A DNA stretch of 63,724 nucleotides, counting the filler, from Folioceros fuciformis (Eukaryota), in NCBI GenBank assembly GCA_049999805.1. It is 38 parts of 38 records of this genome, joined end to end, with 100 filler letters (N's around TTAATTAATTAA, not from the genome) between each part and the next. Parts side by side here need not be neighbours in the genome. Positions count along the whole stretch, not along the records: positions 25,223 to 26,348 come from JBNGIO010004284.1; positions 26,449 to 27,616 come from JBNGIO010004286.1; positions 27,717 to 28,876 come from JBNGIO010004287.1; positions 28,977 to 30,094 come from JBNGIO010004288.1; positions 30,195 to 31,798 come from JBNGIO010004289.1; positions 31,899 to 33,724 come from JBNGIO010004290.1; positions 33,825 to 35,220 come from JBNGIO010004291.1; positions 35,321 to 37,174 come from JBNGIO010004292.1; 30 more parts are not named here. One strand, written 5' to 3'. How positions within the stretch are numbered: the stretch's first letter is position 1; the number at the start of each line of letters is the position of its first letter. The notes beneath the pieces are model-generated. The model saw only the letters and a program-made list of their open reading frames with translations. It did not search any database and was not told the DNA's origin. A program made the position numbers and the translations under genes. Positions 25,420 through 37,400 of the stretch are shown here, one piece after another.

Positions 25420-26450
25420 GGAATGGCGAGCGGAGTTTGGTGTCTCAGTCTCCTCACCTTCAGCTATCAAGTCTCACAAGGAGGGGCAGCGCCGCGCTTT
25501 TAGAAATTACGCTGAGGCACGACTGTGTCATTGTGTTTTTAGGTTGAATTGAATTAATCACTTTCTCTGAGCGATAAGGAATATAATTACGTTTATTGCT
25601 TTCAATGCATCTGGTATGAGTGCATCAGATATATTAAAATTCTATTTAATGGACCTGAATTACGTTTTATTCGAGGTTATTACCTCGTCCTTAGGTAGCA
25701 ATATTTATAAAGAAATTGGTATTAAATTAAAACATGCCGGGTACCTACCCACACACCAAGGCATCTTCAGTGGCCTCTTGNNNNNNNNNNGGGAATTTCA
25801 TCAAATGAACCCGCCGGATTCAAAAGCCTTGCACGACGCAAACTTTCTCTTTGGATTCGACTTAAATCATATTCTTGCCGAAAGAGGGGCTGCAATAACA
25901 AATGAGGACAGTTGGGAGTGGTGTCATCGAATTCTAAACATGCGTAGCAAAAAAGACACAGTTTGCCCGAAATTATATTTGGCATAGGGAATGGCGAGCG
26001 GAGTTTGGTGTCTCAGTCTCCTCACCTTCAGCTATCAAGTCTCACAAGGAGGGGCAGCGCCGCGCTTTTAGAAATTACGCTGAGGCACGACTGTGTCATT
26101 GTGTTTTTAGGTTGAATTGAATTAATCACTTTCTCTGAGCGATAAGGAATATAATTACGTTTATTGCTTTCAATGCATCTGGTATGAGTGCATCAGATAT
26201 ATTAAAATTCTATTTAATGGACCTGAATTACGTTTTATTCGAGGTTATTACCTCGTCCTTAGGTAGCAATATTTATAAAGAAATTGGTATTAAATTAAAA
26301 CATGCCGGGTACCTACCCACACACCAAGGCATCTTCAGTGGCCTCTTGNNNNNNNNNNNNNNNNNNNNNNNNNNNNNNNNNNNNNNNNNNNNTTAATTAA
26401 TTAANNNNNNNNNNNNNNNNNNNNNNNNNNNNNNNNNNNNNNNNNNNNTC

Positions 26451-27027
26451 TATATCCCGGTATTCCGCACCGGCTCGGACAAGCTGCGCGCCATTCTGGT
26501 CGATTCTTTCGTGGCTTTTTGGCCGGCGTTGCCGCCGTCGGCGCTTCGCAACTTTCTCGATGCTTGCGATCCGGATGGGGATGCCGATACGCTATCTCGC
26601 CTTGGCGATATCTTTTCGCTGCATCTGCGCCTGCAGCCGGATCTCGTCGTCTCCTATCTCGGTGAGGCGATTTCGTCGCTGACGGTCGTCAGCATTGCCG
26701 ATCCCAAGCGGCTCTGGCGCCAGGGCAAGTTTTCGCTGCAATTCGCCATCTTCGCGGCAATGTCGAATTTCGACCAGCCGGACAGCCTTGCCGCTACGCG
26801 TCGCTTCTTCCGCAGCAAGTATCGTTTCCTCGTCGATTTTCTGTCGGAGCGGAACGAGGGTTTCGTGCTGGCCCGTCTGGCCCGGCGCAGTCTGCGGGAC
26901 TTTCTCTTTGCCCGCTTCGAGGCCTTCGGCGTCGAGCAGTGGAACAAGTTTATCGTGTCGATGCCAGATAGCGGCAACGACACCTTCTTCACGGTAGATG
27001 CCGATGGCGTCAACCAGCATGACGTAT
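26451..27027 (+). CDS. Internal fragment of a large alpha-helical bacterial protein (copy 27040-27616)
   Basis: One frame is open across the whole contig with GC3 bias. Confidence 0.65.
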
Positions 27028-27781
27028 NNNNNNNNNNTCTATATCCCGGTATTCCGCACCGGCTCGGACAAGCTGCGCGCCATTCTGGTCGATTCTTTCG
27101 TGGCTTTTTGGCCGGCGTTGCCGCCGTCGGCGCTTCGCAACTTTCTCGATGCTTGCGATCCGGATGGGGATGCCGATACGCTATCTCGCCTTGGCGATAT
27201 CTTTTCGCTGCATCTGCGCCTGCAGCCGGATCTCGTCGTCTCCTATCTCGGTGAGGCGATTTCGTCGCTGACGGTCGTCAGCATTGCCGATCCCAAGCGG
27301 CTCTGGCGCCAGGGCAAGTTTTCGCTGCAATTCGCCATCTTCGCGGCAATGTCGAATTTCGACCAGCCGGACAGCCTTGCCGCTACGCGTCGCTTCTTCC
27401 GCAGCAAGTATCGTTTCCTCGTCGATTTTCTGTCGGAGCGGAACGAGGGTTTCGTGCTGGCCCGTCTGGCCCGGCGCAGTCTGCGGGACTTTCTCTTTGC
27501 CCGCTTCGAGGCCTTCGGCGTCGAGCAGTGGAACAAGTTTATCGTGTCGATGCCAGATAGCGGCAACGACACCTTCTTCACGGTAGATGCCGATGGCGTC
27601 AACCAGCATGACGTATNNNNNNNNNNNNNNNNNNNNNNNNNNNNNNNNNNNNNNNNNNNNTTAATTAATTAANNNNNNNNNNNNNNNNNNNNNNNNNNNN
27701 NNNNNNNNNNNNNNNNTGGCTGTGCCCTACGGATCTTCGGACGGCCTGAGAGCCTGATCGGGCCGAACAATACGGCTGTCC

Positions 27782-27903
27782 CGAGATAGTTTTACGAATT
27801 AGCTTTACGCCGGCTTTTGCGGAACACGAGTTAGCTTTACGCAGCCATCATAACGTATTGATTTAATTGAATTTCGAAAAACACGAGATAACTTTACTCT
27901 ACA
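27782..27903 (-). mobile_element. Putative Tn7/Tn5053/Mu-like (or IS21-like) transposon end: terminal TGT, four transposase-binding repeats and an IHF site (copy 28367-28488)
   Basis: Repeats CGAGATAGTTTTACG (27782), CGAATTAGCTTTACG (27795), CGAGTTAGCTTTACG (27827) and CGAGATAACTTTACT (27884), then CTACA. The minus strand begins TGTAGAGTAAAGTTATCTCG. AATCAATACGTTA at 27851-27863 (minus) fits IHF WATCAANNNNTTR. Confidence 0.65.
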
Positions 27904-28055
27904 GCATTCCCACGAAAATCCGAATATCTCCGGTTGGCGCATGATTCCGTGCGCGGCTCGGCGGGACCGACTCGTTCAAGCTCGATCAGAGTGATCGGCA
28001 TTCTTCGCGCCACCGCCGCCCCGCGCGGACTATATCACGGCGCAGGAGATTGCCG

Positions 28056-28184
28056 ATGTTGCCTGCGTCCCAACTCGTTTCCCGTGCCCTCGACGGCGAC
28101 CGCAGGGCGCGCCGTGTCGTGACGGCCATGTCCGTTGCCGGAGCGACCGCTTTCGTGCTTGCCGAGATGCTTCTGACGCATTGA
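28056..28184 (+). CDS. 42-aa small membrane-peptide candidate (copy 28641-28769)
   Basis: AGGAG RBS before ATG; MLPASQLVSRALDGDRRARRVVTAMSVAGATAFVLAEMLLTH has a hydrophobic C-terminal half. Confidence 0.45.
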   Translation: MLPASQLVSRALDGDRRARRVVTAMSVAGATAFVLAEMLLTH

Positions 28185-30194
28185 GCCTTCGGGTTCCGAT
28201 GAAGCGAGCGCGATCGGCGTGAGGTGACGGGCTTTTCTTTTCGGGCGTGGGGGATAGGCTCGGCGGACAACCGAAAAGGGGTCCGTCCATGNNNNNNNNN
28301 NTGGCTGTGCCCTACGGATCTTCGGACGGCCTGAGAGCCTGATCGGGCCGAACAATACGGCTGTCCCGAGATAGTTTTACGAATTAGCTTTACGCCGGCT
28401 TTTGCGGAACACGAGTTAGCTTTACGCAGCCATCATAACGTATTGATTTAATTGAATTTCGAAAAACACGAGATAACTTTACTCTACAGCATTCCCACGA
28501 AAATCCGAATATCTCCGGTTGGCGCATGATTCCGTGCGCGGCTCGGCGGGACCGACTCGTTCAAGCTCGATCAGAGTGATCGGCATTCTTCGCGCCACCG
28601 CCGCCCCGCGCGGACTATATCACGGCGCAGGAGATTGCCGATGTTGCCTGCGTCCCAACTCGTTTCCCGTGCCCTCGACGGCGACCGCAGGGCGCGCCGT
28701 GTCGTGACGGCCATGTCCGTTGCCGGAGCGACCGCTTTCGTGCTTGCCGAGATGCTTCTGACGCATTGAGCCTTCGGGTTCCGATGAAGCGAGCGCGATC
28801 GGCGTGAGGTGACGGGCTTTTCTTTTCGGGCGTGGGGGATAGGCTCGGCGGACAACCGAAAAGGGGTCCGTCCATGNNNNNNNNNNNNNNNNNNNNNNNN
28901 NNNNNNNNNNNNNNNNNNNNTTAATTAATTAANNNNNNNNNNNNNNNNNNNNNNNNNNNNNNNNNNNNNNNNNNNNTGAGCGGCCCGGCAGCAGCGCCCC
29001 TCATTGTCACCGTTCACGCGTCTCAAGGCGCTTCCTAATATCCGACAATCAAGATCCTGCTAACTGGCATGAGGCGCTGATGAAGACGAGGTGGTTGAGG
29101 ACAAATATAGCCTAAGAGCTAGGCAGCCTTGATAGTCGCGCCATCACTAATCACGCCCGCAGTGGGGTATTTTCCAGGCGTATTGAGAAGCTGGCGCGCT
29201 AACGCAAAATTTCTTGGATCATTGAAGTAACCGCCGTTGCGCCTCATCCGCTCAGGGAGCCAACGCATGAGCCTGGCTCGGGCTGATGGTGCAGCCATAG
29301 CCAAAACTGTTCGACATTATCACGATTCGCAGGTTTGGAACTGCCGGATTTTAGTACTTGGCCGCGAAACTGGCTCTGATCAATGATTGATGACGCTAGA
29401 CAAAGTTCACACTCAGCTGCATCCTACCCTAAATTTGAAGGGGATCGAGCTTGCGGCGAGTGCGAGTCGAATTAGCTCCCGATCGAGATCGCTGCGGCGC
29501 TCTCTCTTTGCTGGACGAGCAGGGTGACATNNNNNNNNNNTGAGCGGCCCGGCAGCAGCGCCCCTCATTGTCACCGTTCACGCGTCTCAAGGCGCTTCCT
29601 AATATCCGACAATCAAGATCCTGCTAACTGGCATGAGGCGCTGATGAAGACGAGGTGGTTGAGGACAAATATAGCCTAAGAGCTAGGCAGCCTTGATAGT
29701 CGCGCCATCACTAATCACGCCCGCAGTGGGGTATTTTCCAGGCGTATTGAGAAGCTGGCGCGCTAACGCAAAATTTCTTGGATCATTGAAGTAACCGCCG
29801 TTGCGCCTCATCCGCTCAGGGAGCCAACGCATGAGCCTGGCTCGGGCTGATGGTGCAGCCATAGCCAAAACTGTTCGACATTATCACGATTCGCAGGTTT
29901 GGAACTGCCGGATTTTAGTACTTGGCCGCGAAACTGGCTCTGATCAATGATTGATGACGCTAGACAAAGTTCACACTCAGCTGCATCCTACCCTAAATTT
30001 GAAGGGGATCGAGCTTGCGGCGAGTGCGAGTCGAATTAGCTCCCGATCGAGATCGCTGCGGCGCTCTCTCTTTGCTGGACGAGCAGGGTGACATNNNNNN
30101 NNNNNNNNNNNNNNNNNNNNNNNNNNNNNNNNNNNNNNTTAATTAATTAANNNNNNNNNNNNNNNNNNNNNNNNNNNNNNNNNNNNNNNNNNNN

Positions 30195-30329
30195 CCGATC
30201 CTCCCAAAGATGCGGGACCTCCATCAGATGATCGTCGGAGGACACGAAGCGTGTCCCCTCCGGCGGCGTCCACGAGCCTTTCAATAGCTGGCGATGCTTG
30301 GGCCAGGGCGTTGGAGACAGCTGGTTCAT
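30195..30329 (-). CDS. Amidohydrolase-family protein, N-terminus (copy 31002-31136)
   Basis: FVSSDDHLME.PHLWEDR resembles the Amidohydro_2 SxDxH start; lies directly downstream of the enoyl-CoA hydratase. Confidence 0.7.
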
Positions 30330-30352
30330 GACTTCTTCTCCTCGAAGGGCAT

Positions 30353-30991
30353 TCAGGAATTTCTGGAAAGCTTGGCGCGGAGCGCGGCGATCAGATCGCG
30401 GTGTTCGTCGCCCAGGAACAGGACGCTATTGCCAAGCCGTTCGACGTTCCGCGCCTGCTGACGATCGAGATCGGCGGTCATCTCGATCGTGAGCTTGGCG
30501 ATCGCCACGGCCTCTCGCGGCAAGCCGGCGAGCTTGCGGCAGAAGGCGCGTACCCGCTCGTCAAATACGTCATCGGCGTACACGTCGTGAACCAGCCCCA
30601 TCGCAAGCGCGCGCTCGGCGTCGACTTTCTCGCCGGCCAGCACCAGCCAGCGCGCCCAATGCGGTCCGACTAGGCGCGTTAGGCGGCTCGTACCGCCCGA
30701 CCCGGGGATGACGCCGATGTCGATCTCTGGCATGCCATAGCGCGCAGAAGCCGCCGCCAGGCGGAAATCGCAGGACAGGGAGAGCTCGAAGCCGCCGCCA
30801 AGGCACGGCCCCTGATGCGCGACCACTATCGGTTTCTCGACCGCCTCCATCTCGTCATACATCGAATGGAAGCTGCCGCGCCCGGAGCGATACCAGGTCC
30901 GCGCACGCGACGAGCTGCCCGCCGGATCGGGCATGCCGACGTTGGTCAGATCGGCGCCAGCCGAAAAGTACCGCCCATTGGCACGTATCAG
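30353..30991 (-). CDS. Enoyl-CoA hydratase/isomerase (crotonase), 5' truncated
   Basis: YFSAGADL upstream of the track ORF, then KPIVVA..G.CLGGGFELSLSCDFRLA, PEIDIGVIPGSGGT and AERALAMGLV. Confidence 0.95.
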   Translation of the reverse strand: MIRANGRYFSAGADLTNVGMPDPAGSSSRARTWYRSGRGSFHSMYDEMEAVEKPIVVAHQGPCLGGGFELSLSCDFRLAAASARYGMPEIDIGVIPGSGGTSRLTRLVGPHWARWLVLAGEKVDAERALAMGLVHDVYADDVFDERVRAFCRKLAGLPREAVAIAKLTIEMTADLDRQQARNVERLGNSVLFLGDEHRDLIAALRAKLSRNS

Positions 30992-31159
30992 NNNNNNNNN
31001 NCCGATCCTCCCAAAGATGCGGGACCTCCATCAGATGATCGTCGGAGGACACGAAGCGTGTCCCCTCCGGCGGCGTCCACGAGCCTTTCAATAGCTGGCG
31101 ATGCTTGGGCCAGGGCGTTGGAGACAGCTGGTTCATGACTTCTTCTCCTCGAAGGGCAT

Positions 31160-31798
31160 TCAGGAATTTCTGGAAAGCTTGGCGCGGAGCGCGGCGATCA
31201 GATCGCGGTGTTCGTCGCCCAGGAACAGGACGCTATTGCCAAGCCGTTCGACGTTCCGCGCCTGCTGACGATCGAGATCGGCGGTCATCTCGATCGTGAG
31301 CTTGGCGATCGCCACGGCCTCTCGCGGCAAGCCGGCGAGCTTGCGGCAGAAGGCGCGTACCCGCTCGTCAAATACGTCATCGGCGTACACGTCGTGAACC
31401 AGCCCCATCGCAAGCGCGCGCTCGGCGTCGACTTTCTCGCCGGCCAGCACCAGCCAGCGCGCCCAATGCGGTCCGACTAGGCGCGTTAGGCGGCTCGTAC
31501 CGCCCGACCCGGGGATGACGCCGATGTCGATCTCTGGCATGCCATAGCGCGCAGAAGCCGCCGCCAGGCGGAAATCGCAGGACAGGGAGAGCTCGAAGCC
31601 GCCGCCAAGGCACGGCCCCTGATGCGCGACCACTATCGGTTTCTCGACCGCCTCCATCTCGTCATACATCGAATGGAAGCTGCCGCGCCCGGAGCGATAC
31701 CAGGTCCGCGCACGCGACGAGCTGCCCGCCGGATCGGGCATGCCGACGTTGGTCAGATCGGCGCCAGCCGAAAAGTACCGCCCATTGGCACGTATCAG
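31160..31798 (-). CDS. Duplicate copy of the enoyl-CoA hydratase
   Basis: Identical to 30353-30991. Confidence 0.9.
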   Translation of the reverse strand: MIRANGRYFSAGADLTNVGMPDPAGSSSRARTWYRSGRGSFHSMYDEMEAVEKPIVVAHQGPCLGGGFELSLSCDFRLAAASARYGMPEIDIGVIPGSGGTSRLTRLVGPHWARWLVLAGEKVDAERALAMGLVHDVYADDVFDERVRAFCRKLAGLPREAVAIAKLTIEMTADLDRQQARNVERLGNSVLFLGDEHRDLIAALRAKLSRNS

Positions 31799-34073
31799 NN
31801 NNNNNNNNNNNNNNNNNNNNNNNNNNNNNNNNNNNNNNNNNNTTAATTAATTAANNNNNNNNNNNNNNNNNNNNNNNNNNNNNNNNNNNNNNNNNNNNTT
31901 GTTATTGTTATTTTTTAATATTGATCGTCTCCCCTTGCCCTTGCGGGGTTTCAAAGTTGCATCATCATCTCCCTGTGTTTTTCTTGGTCTTCCCATTTTG
32001 ATGTTTATTTTGTAATTTCCTCTTAAACCTTAGTTTGTTATACACTAAAAGATTTATTGATTTGAATTCAATGGGATCAATGTTTTTTTACGCAATGACA
32101 CACATTCTTTTCTATGTTTAGAAGATGTATCTATTTAATCTAATTTGCAATGATGTATAATTAGAATCGCTTGCCTAGAAGATAAACCTTCTTCTTAAAA
32201 TTTTACACATGAGGTTTGTGGTGGGTCATATTGCTTCAATTAAAATCAGTTCTTGGCATCAAGAAATCTTTATTGTGATATGTAATCTTATGCTTGTCCC
32301 TCTTACTTTCTATTATCTTGAATTTCCACCATGTTGAAATAACAACAATAGTTTTATGCCATAGAGAATAAATTACAATCATATATAATATAAAAATTCT
32401 TTATATATTATAAATATTAAAATTTTAATATACTTAAATTCTTTATATATTATAAATATTGAAATTTTAATATAATTAAATTTTAATATTTATAATTTAA
32501 TAAAATAATTTATTATTTAATAAAAATTATGAACGCTGTGGTACCTTTTATGTATTTGGAATTGCCATTCCAAGGAACTTCAAAGGATATTGAGGGAAAT
32601 GCATCTTGGATTTGTTTAGAGACCATTCAATCGTTTTTTAAACACTGAACTTAGGTATTTCAGTTTTATATTCAATCTTAGGCTTTTATTTATTTGTTTT
32701 GAATAAGAAAATGAACATCTAGTTTTGTATATCAAATAAGAGACGCGTTGTTGAATTGCTCGAGGATTGGGATGGCATCAATTCAAGTGCGCACTCATGC
32801 TGACGTNNNNNNNNNNTTGTTATTGTTATTTTTTAATATTGATCGTCTCCCCTTGCCCTTGCGGGGTTTCAAAGTTGCATCATCATCTCCCTGTGTTTTT
32901 CTTGGTCTTCCCATTTTGATGTTTATTTTGTAATTTCCTCTTAAACCTTAGTTTGTTATACACTAAAAGATTTATTGATTTGAATTCAATGGGATCAATG
33001 TTTTTTTACGCAATGACACACATTCTTTTCTATGTTTAGAAGATGTATCTATTTAATCTAATTTGCAATGATGTATAATTAGAATCGCTTGCCTAGAAGA
33101 TAAACCTTCTTCTTAAAATTTTACACATGAGGTTTGTGGTGGGTCATATTGCTTCAATTAAAATCAGTTCTTGGCATCAAGAAATCTTTATTGTGATATG
33201 TAATCTTATGCTTGTCCCTCTTACTTTCTATTATCTTGAATTTCCACCATGTTGAAATAACAACAATAGTTTTATGCCATAGAGAATAAATTACAATCAT
33301 ATATAATATAAAAATTCTTTATATATTATAAATATTAAAATTTTAATATACTTAAATTCTTTATATATTATAAATATTGAAATTTTAATATAATTAAATT
33401 TTAATATTTATAATTTAATAAAATAATTTATTATTTAATAAAAATTATGAACGCTGTGGTACCTTTTATGTATTTGGAATTGCCATTCCAAGGAACTTCA
33501 AAGGATATTGAGGGAAATGCATCTTGGATTTGTTTAGAGACCATTCAATCGTTTTTTAAACACTGAACTTAGGTATTTCAGTTTTATATTCAATCTTAGG
33601 CTTTTATTTATTTGTTTTGAATAAGAAAATGAACATCTAGTTTTGTATATCAAATAAGAGACGCGTTGTTGAATTGCTCGAGGATTGGGATGGCATCAAT
33701 TCAAGTGCGCACTCATGCTGACGTNNNNNNNNNNNNNNNNNNNNNNNNNNNNNNNNNNNNNNNNNNNNTTAATTAATTAANNNNNNNNNNNNNNNNNNNN
33801 NNNNNNNNNNNNNNNNNNNNNNNNTGTGCCGGCGTTATTCTCAGTGGCCGTGGTTTTGGGAAGGAATGTCAGCCTTGGGCTCCTGCTCGCCTTCCCCAAA
33901 GCCCATCTCGACCGATGGAAACGCCATTCCACGCTAACACGGGATAACCCCAGCTCCCAATGATGAGGAGCCAAGCGGCGACCAATCCGCAATTCACGGC
34001 AAGTCCGACCGGTATCAACTGACTGCCGAGGCCCTGTTGGCGCTACACCATCACTACCTCACACGCCGTCCGC

Positions 34074-34107
34074 TTGACTCTTTCTGAAATGAGAACATAA
34101 TAGGAAC
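34074..34107 (+). promoter_or_regulatory. Sigma70-like promoter overlapped by an alphaproteobacterial LexA (SOS) box (copy 34777-34810)
   Basis: -35 TTGACT 34074-34079; -10 CATAAT 34096-34101; GAAC-ATAATAG-GAAC (GAAC-N7-GAAC) 34093-34107. Confidence 0.75.
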
Positions 34108-34129
34108 ATTCTCATCTGGAGACCTGTTC

Positions 34130-34486
34130 ATGTCGACACAATCGCAGCTCGAAGTCGATAGTTCGCGGGTGCCACCGTTCGGTACGGCGGCCGCAAATGT
34201 CAGTTCACAATTGATCGAGCTCGCCGGCCCGCGCGCTGCGGTTCGCTATTCCAGCATCCACGTCGTAGACGAACACGAGCTGCCGGCCGGTGCGATCGAA
34301 ATGGCGACCGACATGTCAACAGGAGAGGTCTGCGGGCTGCTCGTCGGGGAACTGGTTGGTGTAGACGCGAATGGAAACGCGCTCTTTGGCCGGCCGCGTC
34401 GCAGGGTATTGTGGTTTGCCTACGGTGACGCCGATCCCGAGGACGCGCTGATCGAGCGACTGTTCACCGGCTGCCAGCTGCACTAG
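34130..34486 (+). CDS. Hypothetical protein, 118 aa, putatively SOS-induced (copy 34833-35189)
   Basis: GGAG RBS; complete ORF immediately downstream of the LexA-box promoter. Confidence 0.7.
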   Translation: MSTQSQLEVDSSRVPPFGTAAANVSSQLIELAGPRAAVRYSSIHVVDEHELPAGAIEMATDMSTGEVCGLLVGELVGVDANGNALFGRPRRRVLWFAYGDADPEDALIERLFTGCQLH

Positions 34487-37400
34487 GGCGCGCGCGATGT
34501 CAGCAGCATCAAAATTTNNNNNNNNNNTGTGCCGGCGTTATTCTCAGTGGCCGTGGTTTTGGGAAGGAATGTCAGCCTTGGGCTCCTGCTCGCCTTCCCC
34601 AAAGCCCATCTCGACCGATGGAAACGCCATTCCACGCTAACACGGGATAACCCCAGCTCCCAATGATGAGGAGCCAAGCGGCGACCAATCCGCAATTCAC
34701 GGCAAGTCCGACCGGTATCAACTGACTGCCGAGGCCCTGTTGGCGCTACACCATCACTACCTCACACGCCGTCCGCTTGACTCTTTCTGAAATGAGAACA
34801 TAATAGGAACATTCTCATCTGGAGACCTGTTCATGTCGACACAATCGCAGCTCGAAGTCGATAGTTCGCGGGTGCCACCGTTCGGTACGGCGGCCGCAAA
34901 TGTCAGTTCACAATTGATCGAGCTCGCCGGCCCGCGCGCTGCGGTTCGCTATTCCAGCATCCACGTCGTAGACGAACACGAGCTGCCGGCCGGTGCGATC
35001 GAAATGGCGACCGACATGTCAACAGGAGAGGTCTGCGGGCTGCTCGTCGGGGAACTGGTTGGTGTAGACGCGAATGGAAACGCGCTCTTTGGCCGGCCGC
35101 GTCGCAGGGTATTGTGGTTTGCCTACGGTGACGCCGATCCCGAGGACGCGCTGATCGAGCGACTGTTCACCGGCTGCCAGCTGCACTAGGGCGCGCGCGA
35201 TGTCAGCAGCATCAAAATTTNNNNNNNNNNNNNNNNNNNNNNNNNNNNNNNNNNNNNNNNNNNNTTAATTAATTAANNNNNNNNNNNNNNNNNNNNNNNN
35301 NNNNNNNNNNNNNNNNNNNNAGTCTTGTTTAATTACGCTAAAGAAAACATCTCCAAGTTTTAGATGTTTCAAGTTATAAGGGAAAGACTTTGAAAGCATA
35401 GCCTATCTTCACTTTATTTGTAGTCTTAGTACATAGTTTAGGTGAGTTTCAAGTTGTATACAAATGTTCATGGTTGAGCAGAAATGAGAGGAAATCAATC
35501 CTCTTCTCCTTCTCCACATTCTGTTTCTCCTGTGCTTTCTGTGACATCATCTGATGGGACACCTGGCTCTTTAATTCCTCACCAACCTTCTAATACCTCT
35601 CCCAATAAAAGTGCCCATGTTTCAGCTTACAGCAAAGTTGCAAAGGATCTTGCTAAATATGACAACGAAACAATGACATCCGATTTGTCCTTGAAGGTCA
35701 ATGCGAGTTCACCACGGAAACACTCTTTGCTACATGAAATCAAACCCAAGAACGCAAATACTAATCAAAGCAATACAAGTTCTTCCAGTAGGAGAAGCAT
35801 GTTTTTGTTGAGAATGTAGAAGTCTGTTTTGAAAACTTCGATTGTAATTGCTTAGATCTTATTACAGGAGAAGAATCCGATGCAAATCGTAGTCCGATAT
35901 CATCCTACAGAGATGACCAATTCCAAGAGAAGAACTTCAATGATGCAGTGGTTAAAGCACTTCACTCTGAAAATGGTACATCAATATCCTATCTCATACT
36001 GGGTCTACACTACACTAAACTATCTGCAAGAAAATTTTGATCCTCATGTAACTTTTGATATTTCTTCTGATGGGTTTAGATGAAAATTTAGTTATTGATG
36101 TTCATGAGCAAACTGTTCGACATGATATGACTTGCAATCATGCACAACAACAACATTTGGAAGGGCATCCTAAAAGAAAAATTCATCCAACAGCAACCAA
36201 TAAGCCTTCCGATTTTCGATCATTTGCTATTTATTGTGAAGTNNNNNNNNNNAGTCTTGTTTAATTACGCTAAAGAAAACATCTCCAAGTTTTAGATGTT
36301 TCAAGTTATAAGGGAAAGACTTTGAAAGCATAGCCTATCTTCACTTTATTTGTAGTCTTAGTACATAGTTTAGGTGAGTTTCAAGTTGTATACAAATGTT
36401 CATGGTTGAGCAGAAATGAGAGGAAATCAATCCTCTTCTCCTTCTCCACATTCTGTTTCTCCTGTGCTTTCTGTGACATCATCTGATGGGACACCTGGCT
36501 CTTTAATTCCTCACCAACCTTCTAATACCTCTCCCAATAAAAGTGCCCATGTTTCAGCTTACAGCAAAGTTGCAAAGGATCTTGCTAAATATGACAACGA
36601 AACAATGACATCCGATTTGTCCTTGAAGGTCAATGCGAGTTCACCACGGAAACACTCTTTGCTACATGAAATCAAACCCAAGAACGCAAATACTAATCAA
36701 AGCAATACAAGTTCTTCCAGTAGGAGAAGCATGTTTTTGTTGAGAATGTAGAAGTCTGTTTTGAAAACTTCGATTGTAATTGCTTAGATCTTATTACAGG
36801 AGAAGAATCCGATGCAAATCGTAGTCCGATATCATCCTACAGAGATGACCAATTCCAAGAGAAGAACTTCAATGATGCAGTGGTTAAAGCACTTCACTCT
36901 GAAAATGGTACATCAATATCCTATCTCATACTGGGTCTACACTACACTAAACTATCTGCAAGAAAATTTTGATCCTCATGTAACTTTTGATATTTCTTCT
37001 GATGGGTTTAGATGAAAATTTAGTTATTGATGTTCATGAGCAAACTGTTCGACATGATATGACTTGCAATCATGCACAACAACAACATTTGGAAGGGCAT
37101 CCTAAAAGAAAAATTCATCCAACAGCAACCAATAAGCCTTCCGATTTTCGATCATTTGCTATTTATTGTGAAGTNNNNNNNNNNNNNNNNNNNNNNNNNN
37201 NNNNNNNNNNNNNNNNNNTTAATTAATTAANNNNNNNNNNNNNNNNNNNNNNNNNNNNNNNNNNNNNNNNNNNNAAGCCCCTCCAGTAGGAGTCCCTTCA
37301 GTGGGAGCCCCTCCAAAAGAAGCTCCACCAGTGTCTCCCATCACCCTTGGTCCAATCAGCAGCCCCAAAGCTCTCTCAGTGGAAGCACCAAATGTCGTGT

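Noticed and set aside
25420-25780. Retron msr/msd upstream of a reverse transcriptase
   Set aside because: The downstream ORF has no RT motif and no long msd hairpin is visible.
35484-36242. Protein-coding gene
   Set aside because: Fragmented frames with no recognisable domain; possibly a decayed retroelement, but unsupported.
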